Source: a bacterium
GTDB lineage: Bacteria > UBA8248
DNA: 64,000 nucleotides
Assembly (NCBI GenBank): GCA_963692865.2
Contig: OY843592.1
Coordinates: 672,001 to 736,000, forward strand
Direction: 5' to 3'
The position numbers were made by a program, and so were the translations under genes. How positions within the stretch are numbered: position 1 is the stretch's first letter; each line of letters begins with the position of its first letter. The notes under the pieces are model-generated. The model did no database searches, was not told where the DNA came from, and saw only the letters and a program-made list of their open reading frames with translations. Positions 62,515 through 64,000 of this stretch are shown one piece after another.

Positions 62515-63684
62515 ATGAGCGTGGCGATCAAAAACGGATGGCGCATGAAACGGGTGGCGGCGCTGGCGGTTTTTTGTTGCGCCTGCGCCGGCGTTGCGGA
62601 GGCGGTTTCGCCGGGCAGAATCGTCGTCGGGCTGGCGTCGAATCTGTCGAGAGCGGCCGGGACTGCGGGCCGGGAAGCCCGCAACGCGCTTTTGCTTGAA
62701 ATCGAGCGGATCAACCGCAGGGGCGTCGCCGGCGCGCACATGTTCCTTCTCACCCTCGACACCAAAGGAAGCCCCCAAGCGGCCGCCGCCGCCGTCCGCA
62801 GTCTCGCGCGCGAGCACAAAGCCGTCGCCGTGATAGGACCCGCCGAGCATTACGCCGCCATCGCCGCCGCCAAGGCGGCGCAGGAAGAACGGCTGACGCT
62901 TTTCTCCCTGACCGCTCCAGAGGAGATTCTCGTCCCGGCGCGCAAGTGGGTGTTTTCCACCGCGATACCGGCGTCGCTGCCCGTCCGGCTGATACTGGGG
63001 CACCTGAAGAGCAGGGGGATCAAGCGCGCGGCGGTGCTGGGTTCGTCCCTGGGTTACGGCACCGAGGGGCGCGAGCAGATCACCGCGCTGGCGCCCGATT
63101 TCGGCGTATCCATCCTCCTGAACGAATCCTTCAAGCCTGGCGAGCATAATTTCCTGCCCTTCCTGAAGCGCGCGTCTCGGCGCGGCGTCGGGGGTTTCGT
63201 GCACTGGGCGCGCGGGGGGTCGCGCGTGGATCTGGTGCGCGCTCGCGCGGCGCTCGACCTCAAGATGCCGCTCTACGTTTCTCTTGCGTCTCCGGGGCTG
63301 TTTGGCCCCAAGAGCGGGGGCCGGGCCGCCGAGGGCGTGGTGTTTCCCGCCTCGTGGATCGCGGCGACCCGCCTTCTGGACGAATCGCATCCCGCCAGGG
63401 GAGACCTCATGGCGTTCCGGGCCGCATACCGCAAGAAATACAAGAGCGCGCCGGGCGAGACGGCCGCCGCCGCCGCCGACGCGCTGCGCCTTCTGGCTTG
63501 GGCGGCGCGGGGCGTGGGCGCGAACCGGGAGAGAATCCCCGCGGGCGTGGAGGAGGCGCGCTATTTCATTGGACTGAACGGGATCTACGGCTTTTCCCAA
63601 GACAATCACAACGCCCTGGACGCCGCCTCTCTCGCCCTGGTGCGCGTGAGAAAGAGCAAGTGGGAACTGGTGAAGGGGAAGTAG
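62515..63684 (+). CDS. branched-chain amino acid-type ABC substrate-binding protein (orphan)
   Basis: Signal peptide, INRRGVAG, LDTKGSP, AVIGP, GLNGIYGFS..NHN. Confidence 0.8.
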   Translation: MSVAIKNGWRMKRVAALAVFCCACAGVAEAVSPGRIVVGLASNLSRAAGTAGREARNALLLEIERINRRGVAGAHMFLLTLDTKGSPQAAAAAVRSLAREHKAVAVIGPAEHYAAIAAAKAAQEERLTLFSLTAPEEILVPARKWVFSTAIPASLPVRLILGHLKSRGIKRAAVLGSSLGYGTEGREQITALAPDFGVSILLNESFKPGEHNFLPFLKRASRRGVGGFVHWARGGSRVDLVRARAALDLKMPLYVSLASPGLFGPKSGGRAAEGVVFPASWIAATRLLDESHPARGDLMAFRAAYRKKYKSAPGETAAAAADALRLLAWAARGVGANRERIPAGVEEARYFIGLNGIYGFSQDNHNALDAASLALVRVRKSKWELVKGK

Positions 63685-63766
63685 GGGGGAGGTGCGCTGT
63701 GGTTTGCCTGGCCGGAGGGAGCGCATTCGGTGTCGTTTAATAGCGTTGATTTTATGTTCCAAACCC

Positions 63767-63796
63767 TTGACAGAAGCCCGTTTGGGGCGTATATAT
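63767..63796 (+). promoter_or_regulatory. candidate sigma70 promoter for the Rrf2 gene
   Basis: TTGACA, 17-bp spacer, TATATA(T). Confidence 0.45.
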
Positions 63797-63911
63797 GCGA
63801 CTGGATGGGTCGGCGACCATTTGGGTCGCATTTAGTGGGGGAAAGACGCCGTCAGCTTCCAAATGGTCGGATTTGACCGATAATCCTGTATAATTCAAGG
63901 CGGTGTGCGGA

Positions 63912-64000
63912 ATGTTCACGATTGCGAAGCGCACGGATTACGGCCTGATGGCGCTCTCCTTCCTCGCGGAGCAGGAAGAGGACGAGGCGATTACCTCGCG
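63912..64000 (+). CDS. Rrf2-family transcriptional regulator (5' partial, runs off window)
   Basis: MFTIAKRTDYGLMALSFLAE, typical Rrf2/IscR-SufR N-terminus. Confidence 0.75.
   Translation, partial: MFTIAKRTDYGLMALSFLAEQEEDEAITS

Noticed and set aside
61927-63831. 634-aa minus-strand ORF
   Set aside because: It overlaps mutY out of frame and is antisense to the substrate-binding protein gene; Arg-rich, with no motifs.

Overview
Bacterial chromosomal window spanning the replication origin. It carries parB-parA with two parS sites, mnmG-mnmE, yidC-yidD-rnpA-rpmH, then dnaA-oriC-recF-gyrB-(cytochrome c')-gyrA; dnaN, rsmG and jag are absent from their usual positions. To the left is a lower-GC (~1-16 kb) catabolic/redox region. 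The ORF track hides three selenoprotein genes. Each is broken at an in-frame TGA that falls exactly on a catalytic Cys position and is followed by a SECIS-like hairpin: an Ogt-type alkyltransferase (P-U-HRV), a UGSC-family protein (U-GSCTLC, GrdB/PrdB-like motif) and a secreted thioredoxin (W-U-GTC). The UGSC gene lies next to a tandem array of four paralogous ~340-aa 'WSDGLP' proteins of unknown function, a lone molybdo-hydroxylase large subunit and acyl-CoA/thiol catabolic genes. This is the best candidate for an undescribed selenium-dependent system. Intergenic regions of the high-GC part are mosaics of several REP/REPIN-like palindromes plus a MITE family (GGGG(C/T)TGTTGAAAAA ends, 5-bp target duplications, nested copies, one empty site in the window). 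There is also a soluble FliG-C/MotA-cytoplasmic-domain fusion and a two-gene glutamine-dependent NAD synthetase split by an inserted bicupin cassette. No rRNA, tRNA, CRISPR or transposase was found. All assignments come from motif recognition by eye; no database searches were run.
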